Of a stretch of DNA of 64,000 bases, positions 26,867 to 38,742 are shown in pieces (the stretch's first letter is position 1; each line of letters begins with the position of its first letter). The position numbers were made by a program, and so were the translations under genes. The stretch comes from Octopus vulgaris (lineage: Eukaryota). The stretch lies in the NCBI GenBank assembly GCA_951406725.2, contig OX597817.1:115506001-115570000 (forward strand), read 5' to 3'. Below the pieces are notes generated by a model that did no database searches, had not been told where the DNA came from, and saw only the letters and a program-made list of their open reading frames with translations.

Positions 26867-27321
26867 TTGCTTATTGATCAACATGAGCATCCCCTGTAAT
26901 CATAATAATTCGGCGAAAGAATTTGACAAGCTCAGAAAATATAAAGGCCTGCTCATTGAAATTGAGAAAATGTGGCATCTCAAGGCGGTTACAATACTAA
27001 TGATTGTAGGAGCACTAGGAAGGATCAAGAAGGGAACCGAAAATTATATGAGAATGATCCCTGGCTTACCATCCCTGCAAGAAGTGCAAAATATTGTCTT
27101 AACTGGTACATCACACGTATTGAGAAGAGCATTGTCGATGTGAGAACTATTACTACCCATGTATTTTAATTTAACTTTATTTTTATCAAAAAAAAAATTA
27201 ACGAGCTAGTGAGTTTAGTTTAATTGCCTACCAATGTATACTATGAGTTTCTTTGCCCTAGGAGTCGGGAAGACACTCGGCAAGAAATGGAAGCAAATTT
27301 GAAAGAAGAAGAAAAACCCAT
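26867..27321 (+). mobile_element. R4/Dong-type element C, short 3' fragment of the same family as D
   Basis: ORF 26874-27143 and the 3' UTR are near-identical to 31176-31620. Flanked by (AAT)n. Confidence 0.9.
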
Positions 27322-27337
27322 AAATAATAATAATAAT

Positions 27338-30300
27338 CTACACACACACACACACACACTCAAAGAGTTGAACCAACACAAAGAAAGTATTATTTGACAG
27401 GCAAGAACTCTGGTGTTGAAGACAGTCAGCCAGCCAACCACCAAGCCAGCCAACGAGACAGACAGACACTACTGTGATGGTGATAATGATAAAAAAACAA
27501 AAATAAAAAAAATAATAATAATAATAAGATACTGCTGTGACTACACATAAAACAATATCATTGATGATGATGGTGGTGATGGTGATGGTGATGATGATAA
27601 TGATGATGGTAATGGTGGTGATAATGATGATAGTGATGGTAATGGTGATGATAATAGCAATAATAAGCCGACTACGGCTGTTATAATGGTACGATTATAA
27701 TTGTAACGGCAATGATGGCCGTCTCCCCACGAGCCAATCAAAGCTAAAAAATGATAACATTATCGTAGCACCAAAATGATTTTGGAAACTAAAAGGAAAA
27801 CTAAATCAGTATACCAAATCGCTTGTCCTATGGTTAATCTGGAAGCGCGTCCCCCAGGGAAGAGCCAGCCTGGGATCGAAAAGTCATCAACTGGCACAAA
27901 CTCTTCTCCGAATACGGACATGAATGGTCACTTGAACGGGAAATCCCCCAACTCGAGCCCTCCAAGTTCACCACCACAACCACCACAGAAAGAAAAATGT
28001 AAGCGGAACAAATGGACCCGAGAAGAGTATAAAGAAGTAATATACGCTTATTACTATGCATTAGGTAGGCCATCTCAAGAGAGACACACCACAAACTCTT
28101 ACAGTATATGGAGAACACGGAATCAAGACAGTAGGCCCTATTTGGACGAGAACAAATTAGCAAATGTGAGGAGGAATATCCTTAGAAATAACAGACTCAC
28201 AGACAGTGAAATAAGCGCGATCAAGCACGCAACGGAAAATGACATAAATATAAGACACAAAGGAAATGAAGAATCAGATGAACAGTATAGCCCGCCACGA
28301 GGCTTAATTGAAAGACTGCCATCTGACCAAAGTACGCAAAGGCCTGAAGATACAAGAAATTCTATTGTACCTGTTAAAGATAGCCAGGAAAACGAAAAAA
28401 CAACAGTAACTGAAGATCTCGCATTTGCTGAAGAACACAGAGAGTCTATGGCAGAAATGAGGCAGAAAATCCTGAATACGCTTGAAGTTGTAAAACATAC
28501 AAGTATGAATGATAGAGAACCACTTCATAAACTCTCAAATACAAACCAAAATAAAGAACAAATCCAAATTGGCAACTATGTAACAAATGAAATAATACGA
28601 GAATTAAAACCTGATTTTACTGAGTTAAATGAAATTATTTACGCTTCTGCTAGGGCAATTGAAACCAGCTGTATGCCCCCGAAAAAACAAAGAAAACAAA
28701 ACCTGAGAAGAAATCAAACCTGGAGAAGTAAAATTGAAAGAGAGATTGAATTTATGAGAGGGGAAATATCAATATTAAATGAACTAATATGTGGAAATGA
28801 TGTAAGATCCAGAACAGGAAGAAAGATGAAGAGAATATTTGGATCCTCACCAAGAGAAGAACTGATATCAATAAAAGAAACCCTGAAACAAAAAGTCCAA
28901 GCAAAAGCCCAAAGAATACGAAGATTTGAGAAGAGAAACAAGTTTTACAAGCAAAATAAGCTGTTCACATCCAATGCCAAAAACTTCTACAGAGAAATAG
29001 GGAAGGAGAAAGTAACCGTTAAAGACCCCCCTCCCATGGAAGAAGTTCAAAACTTTTGGAAAAGGATTTGGAGTGACAAGAAGACGTACAATATAAATGC
29101 AGACTGGATTATACAAACTGAAGGATCCTACCAAAATTTACAACAACAAACATGGGAAGACATCACAATAGCAGACCTAAGAAAGGCACTCACGAAGGCC
29201 CATAATTGGAAATCCCCCGGTAAAGATAGGGGGCCGAATTTCTGGCTCGCATCGCTCCCATGCGCACACGGTAAGCTAGTTCAGCTGCTCAATGGAATTA
29301 TGAGAGACCCAAAGAAAACACCTGAATGGTTAGCAAGTGGCATTACTTACCTACTCCCAAAGAATAACGAAACCAACCTTCCAAAAAACTATCGGCCTAT
29401 AACCTGTCTATCCACCACGTATAAAATCCTAACATCTATCCTGGCGGAGAAAACATATGCATTCATGGAGAAGAACGATATTTACCCCATTGAAACAAAA
29501 AGGGTGCCGCCGAGGCTCTTACGAATGCAAAGATCAACTGCTGATCAATCGTATGATCCTTGAGAACTGTCACAAGCGCAGAAATCTCAGCACCGCATGG
29601 ATTGACTACAAAAAGGCCTTCGACAGTATACCGCATCCATGGATCTTGAGATCGCTGGACATCTTCAAAATTTCCCCTGTGATTTCAAATTTCCTGAAGC
29701 ACAATATGTCGTTGTGGAATACGAATCTCCAATTATACCACTCTAATGGAGTACTTGCCTCAGAAAATATAAACATCAACTGTGGAATTTTTCAAGGTGA
29801 CTCACTTTCACCTTTAATATTCTGCATAGCCCTAATACCCCTTACAAGTGAATTAAACAGAACAGGGTATGGGTATAAAATTGCCAATAAAAAAATAAGC
29901 CACCTATTTTATATGGATGACTTAAAATTTTATGGTAAAGACAATAATGAACTTGAAGGCCTATTGCGCACCGTGAAAGCATTCAGCGATGACATCGGGA
30001 TGGAGTTTGGACTTGAGAAGTGTGCCAAGGCCACTTTCCAGAAAGGAAAGTGAAGACCACAAATTCAGTCGTGTTAGATGTTGACACAGTCATAAGAGAG
30101 CTTGAACAAGAACAAACATACAAATATTTAGGGATAAATGAAGGCTCTGGTATTCAGCATGCAAGCATGAAAGAGAAAATCAGGAAGGAATGTTATAGGA
30201 GAGTTCGTGCAGTCCTGAAATCTGAACTAAATGCACGTAACAAGGTGTTAGCTATAAATTCCTTAGCAGTTCCAGTTGTTACTTATAGCTACAATGTGTT

Positions 30301-31622
30301 GAACTGGAATATGAGTGAAGTAAAGAATATAGATAGAAAAATACGCAATCTGCTGAGTTGTAATAGGATGCACCACCCAAAGGCAGACGTAGATCGCCTT
30401 TACCTTCCCAGAGCCCAAGGAGGTCGAGGCCTGATCCAATTTGAACTAGCTTACAAAACAACCACAATTGGACTGGCCAAATATCTCGAAATATCGAATG
30501 ACTGGATGCTAAAGCTCGTGGAAAATCACGAGAGACGAAAGAAGCTTCATTCTATCATAAAGGAAAGCAAAAAATTTGCTATTGATCTCGTGCAGGATAC
30601 CCAAACTGAACAACCCGAGGGAAGTACGGCAACTATTGTTGCAAAGAAGGTGAAAATGATGGCAATGAAAAAAGCGCACGAGCAATTGGCTGATAGGTGG
30701 GAGGAGAAACCTCTGCACGGCAAATATGTGACCCGCAGCAAACAAGCTGATGTTGACCAGAAGCAAACCCATCAGTGGCTACGGAGCTCAGGGCTAAAAG
30801 CAGAGAGCGAAGGTTTCATCCTGGCTGCTCAAGATCAAAGCCAACTACCAGGCCAATGTGATGAAAAATGGAGCAGACCCAAAATGCCGATTCTGCAACG
30901 ACATGATTGAAACAGTGGACCACCTAATCTCTGGATGTAAAGTCTTAGCACCAGTGGAGTATAAATTAAGACATGACAGAGTTGGCCAATATCTCCACTG
31001 GCTAATAAGTCGGCATTACAATATCAAAACTGCCGACAAGTGGTATAATCACCACCCTGAGGCTGTAACTGAAGGAGAAAATGTAACCATTCTGTGGGAC
31101 TTTCCAGTACATACAGACCGAACCATCAAGGCCAATAAACCGGATATTGTTGTGAAAGCCCAAAACAATAAAGTTTGCTTATTGATCGACATGAGCATCC
31201 CCTGTGATCATAATATCTCAGCGAAAGAGTTTGACAAGCTCAGAAAATATAAAGACCTACTCATTGAAATTGAGAAAATGTGGCATCTCAAGGCGGTTAC
31301 AATACCAGTGATCGTAGGAGCACTAGGAATGATCAAGAAGGGAACCGAAAATTATATGAGAATGATCCCTGGCTTACCATCCCTGCAAGAAGTGCAAAAG
31401 ATTGTCTTAACTGGTACATCACACGTATTGAGAAGAGCATTGTCGATGTGAGAACTGTTGCTGCTCATGTATTTTAATTTAACTTAAAAAAAAATAAAAA
31501 AAATGAACGATCTACTGAGTTTGGTTTAATGGCCTACCATTGTATACTATGAGTTTCTCTGCCCTAGGAGTCGGGAAGACACTCGGCAAGAAATGGAAGC
31601 ACATTTGAAAAAAGAAAAAAAA
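27338..31622 (+). mobile_element. R4/Dong-type element D, apparently full length
   Basis: Simple-repeat-rich leader, single long reading frame broken by 3 frameshifts, 3' UTR, and (AAT)n on both sides. Confidence 0.9.
27776..31451 (+). pseudogene. RT-RLE polyprotein (N-terminal Myb-like KWT.EE domain, reverse transcriptase, CCHC knuckle, PD-(D/E)xK endonuclease), frameshifted
   Basis: WKSPGKD, NYRPITCL, WIDYKKAFDS, GIFQGDSLSP, LFYMDD, YKYLG, CRFC..ETVDHLISGC, RHD, KPDI..IDMS..K..KY. Frameshifts near 29490, 30050 and 30841. Confidence 0.93.
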
Positions 31623-31645
31623 GTAATAATCATAATAATAATAAT

Positions 31646-32061
31646 CTGTCAAGACCTATCAAAAACTGAGCAAATATAAAGATCTTGAAATAGAAATCAG
31701 CAAAATGTGGAACCTGAAGACTAAAACAATGCCTGTTGTCATAGGTGCCCTGGGAATGATAGCGAAAGGGGCTGATTGCTACCTAACTCAGATACCACGA
31801 AACCCCAAAATGGCAGAATTTCAAAAGATAGTGCTCATGGGAACTGCTCATATCCTACGCAAAATACTCTCTATGTAATCACAAGGTTTAAAACAAGCTT
31901 TTTTTTTATTAGACATTCACTAGTGCAACACCAAAAACCCCCCCAAATATATGGCATACTAGGCATAACAACAACGTGAACTTCCAATCTGTTGTCACTT
32001 GAGGTCTCTGGGTTAGACTTGGAGCCAACTTGTACAAACATAAAGCAAAAATCAAACATAG
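31646..32061 (+). mobile_element. R4/Dong-type element E, 3' fragment (distinct family)
   Basis: KLSKYKDLEIEISKMWNLKTKTMPVVIGALG...QKIVLMGTAHILRKILSM* (stop 31876-31878), a different 3' UTR, and (AAT)n flanks. Confidence 0.88.
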
Positions 32062-32082
32062 AATAATAGTAATAATAATAAT

Positions 32083-32820
<738 letters not shown>

Positions 32821-32842
32821 GGCATGAACTGCTCTCTCACTC
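32821..32842 (+). mobile_element. 22-bp extreme 3' end of the non-coding TAA-inserting retroposon
   Basis: GGCATGAACTGCTCTCTCACTC is identical to 7532-7553 and sits inside (AAT)n. Confidence 0.8.
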
Positions 32843-32871
<29 letters not shown>

Positions 32872-32873
<2 letters not shown>

Positions 32874-33940
32874 GCCTAAAATGTTGGATAGGAACAATAA
32901 AATCTCACCAAATGTCAATTATATGGACATAAAAAAGTGAGGAGAACCACAGGCAAAGTAAATTACATTTTAAGCTATTTGATTAAAACAAAGCATCCCT
33001 GATACAAACCAGCTAACCACAGCTGCAGCTAATGTAGCTACAAGCGAAAATTTGAAGGTATAAAAGTAAACGAAAAGAAAGAACCAAACTGGAGGAAGAG
33101 AACACAAATGAAGACGGAAAAGACACGGAAATAACTGGAGCAATTGAATAGGATATTGAGAGGGAACTCAAAGATAATTTAGTAATCAGAAAATTTAATG
33201 GACAGTAGATACTAGAAGAAAAGGGAAGATAAACAGTACATGAAGCATTGGCACAAAAGGTAACAGTATTAAAGGTCAAATTTAAAAGATATGATGTTAA
33301 ATGCAAAGGTTTCGAACAGAATAGACTGTTCCAAACAAAGGCGTTTATTTGAGGAAATAGAGAGAGACCAACACCAGGAGCTGATTCCAGATGCAGAAGA
33401 AACTATAGAATTTGGGGGAGGGCTGTGGAAGAGGCTGGCGAGGCCTAAAGAAAGCTCAGAGTGGCTAACGAAGGTGAAAAGACAACTTGCAACTGTACCA
33501 AGACAAAAAGACAGAATTATTCTACATACAGTGAGACAGAAGTTGAAAACAGTAGCAAACTGGAAAGGACCAAGCCCGGATGGAGTACGAGGCTATTGGC
33601 TGAAAACTTTATATAATTGCATGAAAGGACCACTGCGCAATTGGATAATTACCTGGAGCAAGGTCACATCTCTGTCTGGATAATAAGTGGACGGACGCTG
33701 CTATGCCTCAAGGATCGCTTGAAATAGTACTTAGCATCAAATATTTTCGACCTATAAACTTTTTATGACTGGTGTATTGTCGGAAGAATATTACAACCTT
33801 TTAGAATGCAACAGTCTACTACCAGAAGACCAGAATGTATGCAGGAAATAAAGTAGGGTAACATAAAATCACTTATTAGTCAATAAAAGGATAATTAGAA
33901 ATTGTAGACGCAGAATGACGGAACTGAAAGTGGAAATTGA
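32872..33940 (+). mobile_element. R4/Dong-type element H, decayed N-terminal/RT-start fragment
   Basis: LAQKVT, EFGGGLW..SEWL, LKTVANWKGPSPDGVRGYWLK, GRTLL, FRPI, LPEDQ, HLLVNK.I.RNC. Confidence 0.75.
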
Positions 33941-34069
33941 AACCACAATATTGCGATCGTGAGTGCAACACCAATATAGTACATCACTAGGCTACGTGCC
34001 TTCACTGCGTTTGTATGTATGTATATCATTGTGTATGTATGTATGCATCGCATTCACTCGTATATGACA

Positions 34070-34116
<47 letters not shown>

Positions 34117-34999
34117 ACATGTATCTGTACATAGTAGTTCTCTTTTGTAAATAAGCTAGCATTGTTGTTTTATTTCAATATCTAAATTACCATTTTGTCT
34201 CAAAAATATTTCCCTTTACAGCTTCAAATATGTAACTAAAATGCATTTATTAAATAAATAATGCGATACACAATATTAAAAAGCTCTTTGTAATGCATTA
34301 AAATTAATTCTTCCACAAAACCTATTGTTGCATGATAAAGAGTTGATATATTTTTTACTGAAATTCTTTATTGAAATACAATAAGTATGGCGGACATTTA
34401 TTTTCGAAATCACTTATTCACTTTTCATTTTAGATATTTCGGTTATTATTTATATCAATTGTTTAGTATTTACATATTCCTTTTTATATAATCTTTATTG
34501 CGAATATTAGTATCCGCGAGAGATAACATTGGCAAATAATGTCATGGCATACAATGCAAATAATTTATTATTGAATTAAGAGATAAATGGGACGTTATCA
34601 TTTATAAAGTAGATTGACAAATTCACTACAGTCAAGCAGACAAAAGGGTTTGTCGTATATTATTTACGGTCTATGATATTTTGAGTTCGAATATCATCGA
34701 ATGAGGTGACTTTTCCTTTAAGTCTTTCAAAAGCGATAAACCGTTTACTCGTTTATGCTAACCGATTCAATCAGCTGCTTACAAAATATATGAACCTGTG
34801 ATTCAGTTAAAAATTATCATTGTTACATCATAAAAGTATTTTGAAAAAAATCATGAACTATAACTTTGCAGTCGAAGAAATTGGGGATATCATTGGAAAA
34901 TGCGTAAACGTATCATATTACGTGGATAGCATGGTTATTGACGGCAATTACCGTACATGTCTGCATTTTAAAATACTGCCCTAATAAATTTATTATATT

Positions 35000-36450
35000 C
35001 CTTCCAACCTTTCTATAATTTGCAAATGTACTTTTTCTAGATAAATATTTCCTGTATTTTTTTATAATTTTCTCGGGTCTGTTACTTTATTTAGATGGTT
35101 TATATTTAAAACTAATTTCGAGATTGTGTTGGTGATCTTTTCTCTTCTTGTTTTAAATTCTGGTCGGATTTCTTAGATAAAAACAAATTTATGTTGATAT
35201 CTGAACTCTTTGCATGTGGGAATTGTCAGCTGTAATCATAAGTTTAATACCGAATGCCAGAAATATTTGTATAATTTCTGACATTTAGTTTCTGAAATAA
35301 GGAAAGAAATTAATAAAGTAAAAGACATTTCAGAATGTGTGTACTTGAGTATTTAATAATTAACAGAAGAATAAATAAAGGCAGTAAAGAAGAGCTTACA
35401 TGAGTCATAGAAGACAATCTTCTTTGAATTAGAGTTTTCTGTCTTAGCTATATTAGATAGTTGAACTCCTGGACACGCTGACCGAATAAAAGATGGGATA
35501 GATACGGCCGGGGCGCTCTGATTTTATGGTTAATCGCTGTTTATTTAGTATAAAGAACTACAAAACATAGAAATGTTGACTTATAAGGAAAATAAGCTGT
35601 AAAACATCATATGAAAAATACGTAATGCTTCTCAACTTAATAGAGGTTTTATGTTTCTAAATAAATACAGTACTTCGAATAATGTGTCGATCTACATTGA
35701 GTAACTTATACGCGTTGACACTTGTTATGTCACTTTGTGTCTTTATTTATGTTTCTCTGTTGAAATGGTATTTGATATTCAACTAGAATTTAATGAATTT
35801 TAAAAGAAAATACTTTTCACTTTAACATGAGTCATCAGATTATATATTACAATGAGGAGGTAAACAAATAAACGCAAAGCTATTAGCATAACGAAAAGAA
35901 TGACAGTAATGCCTGCGTAAACAGCTGCACGAGGTAAGGCAAAATAAACTTTTTGTTAGTTGCACGTATTGAAGTATATTGCTGTAACTAAATATGGCTG
36001 TCCACAATAGACTGCCGTGTGAAAACGTTGCTTCGGCGTTCTTCCTGAATTACAGACTGATCCGTAACAAACAAAGTGTAAAACTGATATTCTATTAATT
36101 TGAGTGTTTGCAAATGGTATCAAAGGCTGGTTACTTGGCGCCAATTGAGTAGGACATTTTGCCAATAACAAAATTTCCTAATAACTGTGATTAATTGAAG
36201 TGGGAGCAAAAAGCTGTTCAATATTCTAGCAGTAGAAGAGGAGATTCTGAAAAGGGCAGATAGATATAAAGAAAATTCTAGAAATATATGACCAGTAATA
36301 GAAGTAGTAGTGATAGAGAGAAGCGGGGTAGAATTGTTAAGTTGTAAGATATTGAGAAAGCCCAAAGTAGTAAGTGAAGTAGAAAGAGATATAAATCTGT
36401 AGAATTGAAAGTTAGAAAAGGATAAAGAAAACAATTATGGATGTTAATAT
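35000..36450 (-). mobile_element. Highly decayed PLE-like RT/GIY-YIG remnants
   Basis: Weak motifs only: HK...PGR.I.S at ~35500 and VLHFVC...SGRT..QR at ~36050. Confidence 0.25.
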
Positions 36451-37802
36451 GAGATAACGATAATGTGTATGTAGGCATTACATTCCTTCAATTGGATATT
36501 ACCAGTTTGGCGGAAGTAAAGTAGCCAAGATTTGTTTATATCTACATGAGTCTGCACCATTGTTAACATTCCACAGACATGAATAGTCTCTTTTCCTCGA
36601 ATAGTAGAAAGACTGCTCATAGTCATCGTCATCATCATATTCCTCCTCCTCCTCCTCATCATCATCATCATCGTCGTCATCATCATCAACATCATCATCA
36701 TTCAGGTATACATATGTATGTATCACTTCAGAGAAATTTCATTCAGCGAATAATTTATCGCGTTAAAACTGTTATACATGTAATAGCCTAATATACACCA
36801 AACACTTAGGCAAAAATAAAATGAGTAAAATCATTTAATTTCTCCTTTTCTTAACAGAGACAAAATAAAACTCGTTACTATGTTTGGAATATATTTGATA
36901 TATATCTCCGCTGACCTAAAGATAGTTTATTACACTAGAAGAGTTAAATCTGTAAGTATGCAGAAGTAATAATCCTTTGAGAATAGTTTATTTCTACCAA
37001 AGTTGCTCTTGGTGTTTAGCATGAGGTATGTTCTTATTGAGAAGATCTATAATTAAAGGCATTACATGAAAATCACGTCTTTTTCCTTCGTGCAGGTAAT
37101 TTAGGATCAAAGCTTTTAACGTAGTTTTATCTGAGTGTTTTGAAGCCGAGTTGTTTGTTATTTCTAACACTTTTACTGTTTTCACTCTGTTCGTAGAATC
37201 ACTTTTGCTAGTTATATTTTAGTAATTGAGTTATGTGGTAGTCGAAGTGAACTTTTATTTTGGTGGAATGTCACACACGTATAAGAAATCGGAAATTAAA
37301 TTTGAATTTAATTCTGTTATGACAGGTATCAGCAGTAAAGTAATTTAGTTCGTTTCACATGTTAATTTTACTAAGTTTCAGACCCAACTAAGCGTCAGCT
37401 AACTTCTGCTACACATTCCTGATGGCTAATAATATCACGATTGATATGTGGCTTATATTTTCGATATTTGGAATTTACAGTCTATGAAGAAAGGCTAGAA
37501 TAATACTGAAATGCAGTCAATAAAGAAAACAGAATTTAAAAAAAAAATCAAAGATTTTATGATGTCTGATTTCCATGGAATAAAAGTATAGGGAATTTAA
37601 ATGAATTGAATATATCAATTAATGACATACATATCTTCAATTCTAAGTGGAATATAGACAAGAGAAACTAAATATTTTTAGACATTTCATTAATGAACGA
37701 AAATGCAAGAATTGCGATGGACGTACACAACAGAATTACAAGCTTGGAATAGTACCTACTATATATTCGTGTCACCTGAAAGACAATATATATATATATA
37801 TA

Positions 37803-38048
37803 TTGGGTTGGTGCATAATTATTGCGGCTTTATCAACAAATTATATTCAACAAAAACAATAACAATAGGTAACAAAAGTATATTTAAATGATTATTCCGG
37901 AGTATATTCACCATCGTCTTCAATTGCTGCTTCCCATTTGCTTGGAAGACGGTCAAACCATCATTTAAAGATCTTTTTATTAAATATTGTTGTTTCTGTT
38001 AAATATAATTTGTTGAAAACAAACCGCAATAATTATGCACCAACCCAG
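37803..38048 (-). mobile_element. mariner deletion derivative (MITE-sized)
   Basis: TIRs TTGGGTTGGTGCATAATTATTGCGG / CCGCAATAATTATGCACCAACCCAG, extending to ~60 bp. 37892-37957(-) encodes DRLPSKWEAAIEDDGEYTPE*, a mariner transposase C-terminus. Confidence 0.85.
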
Positions 38049-38314
38049 TTTATAATTATATAAACACAATATCACCTATAATTTAGCCAAAATGATGCGC
38101 AAAACTTTTTCCGATATAAGTATTTGTGATGTACAACTAGAAAGATTTAACGATACACCCATCGACAGGTTATCCATCATTCGTAATAGATGATAGGCCA
38201 CACGAAGCCAATTTAATTGATGTTCTGACACTATGGCAAGCAAAACAAAATAGCATACCTCAACGGAAAATATTGTCATGTATCTTTTTTCACGATTCTA
38301 GAATCAGTGAAACC

Positions 38315-38520
38315 AAATTTTGGCTCAAGACTAGCAATTTCGGGATTGGTCTAAGTCGATTACATCGCACGCGTTACTCAACCGGTACTTAATTTCTCGA
38401 CATCTAAAGGATGAAAGGCAAAGTCGATATCTGCGGAATTCGAACTCAGAACGTAAGGACGGACGAAATGCCGGCAAGTATTTTTCCCGGCGTATTACCG
38501 ATTCTGGCAACTCAGCGCTT
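38315..38520 (-). mobile_element. tRNA-derived SINE (family A)
   Basis: AAAGGATGAAAGGCAAAGTCGA core, GAATTCGAACTCAGAACG B-box, head GATTCTGGCAACTC. Confidence 0.8.
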
Positions 38521-38547
38521 TAGAGCGAATCTTATAGTATTATTTTA

Positions 38548-38742
38548 AAATTTGGGCGCAAGGCCAGCTGATTTGGGAGACGGGGTAAGTCGATTACAAC
38601 GACCCTTGTGTTTGATTAATACTTATTTTATTGACACCAAAAGGATAAAAGAAAAGTCGACCTCGGCAAAATTTGAACTGACAACGTGAAGACAAACTAA
38701 ATTCTGCTAAGTATATTGTCTGACGGTCTAATGATTCTGCCA
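38548..38742 (-). mobile_element. tRNA-derived SINE (family A), tandem with previous copy
   Basis: Same motifs in the same orientation. Confidence 0.75.

Noticed and set aside
27660-27760. Possible HDV-like ribozyme in the element D leader (GTCTCCCCAC...GCTAA)
   Set aside because: I could not build P1, P1.1 and P2 pairings convincingly.
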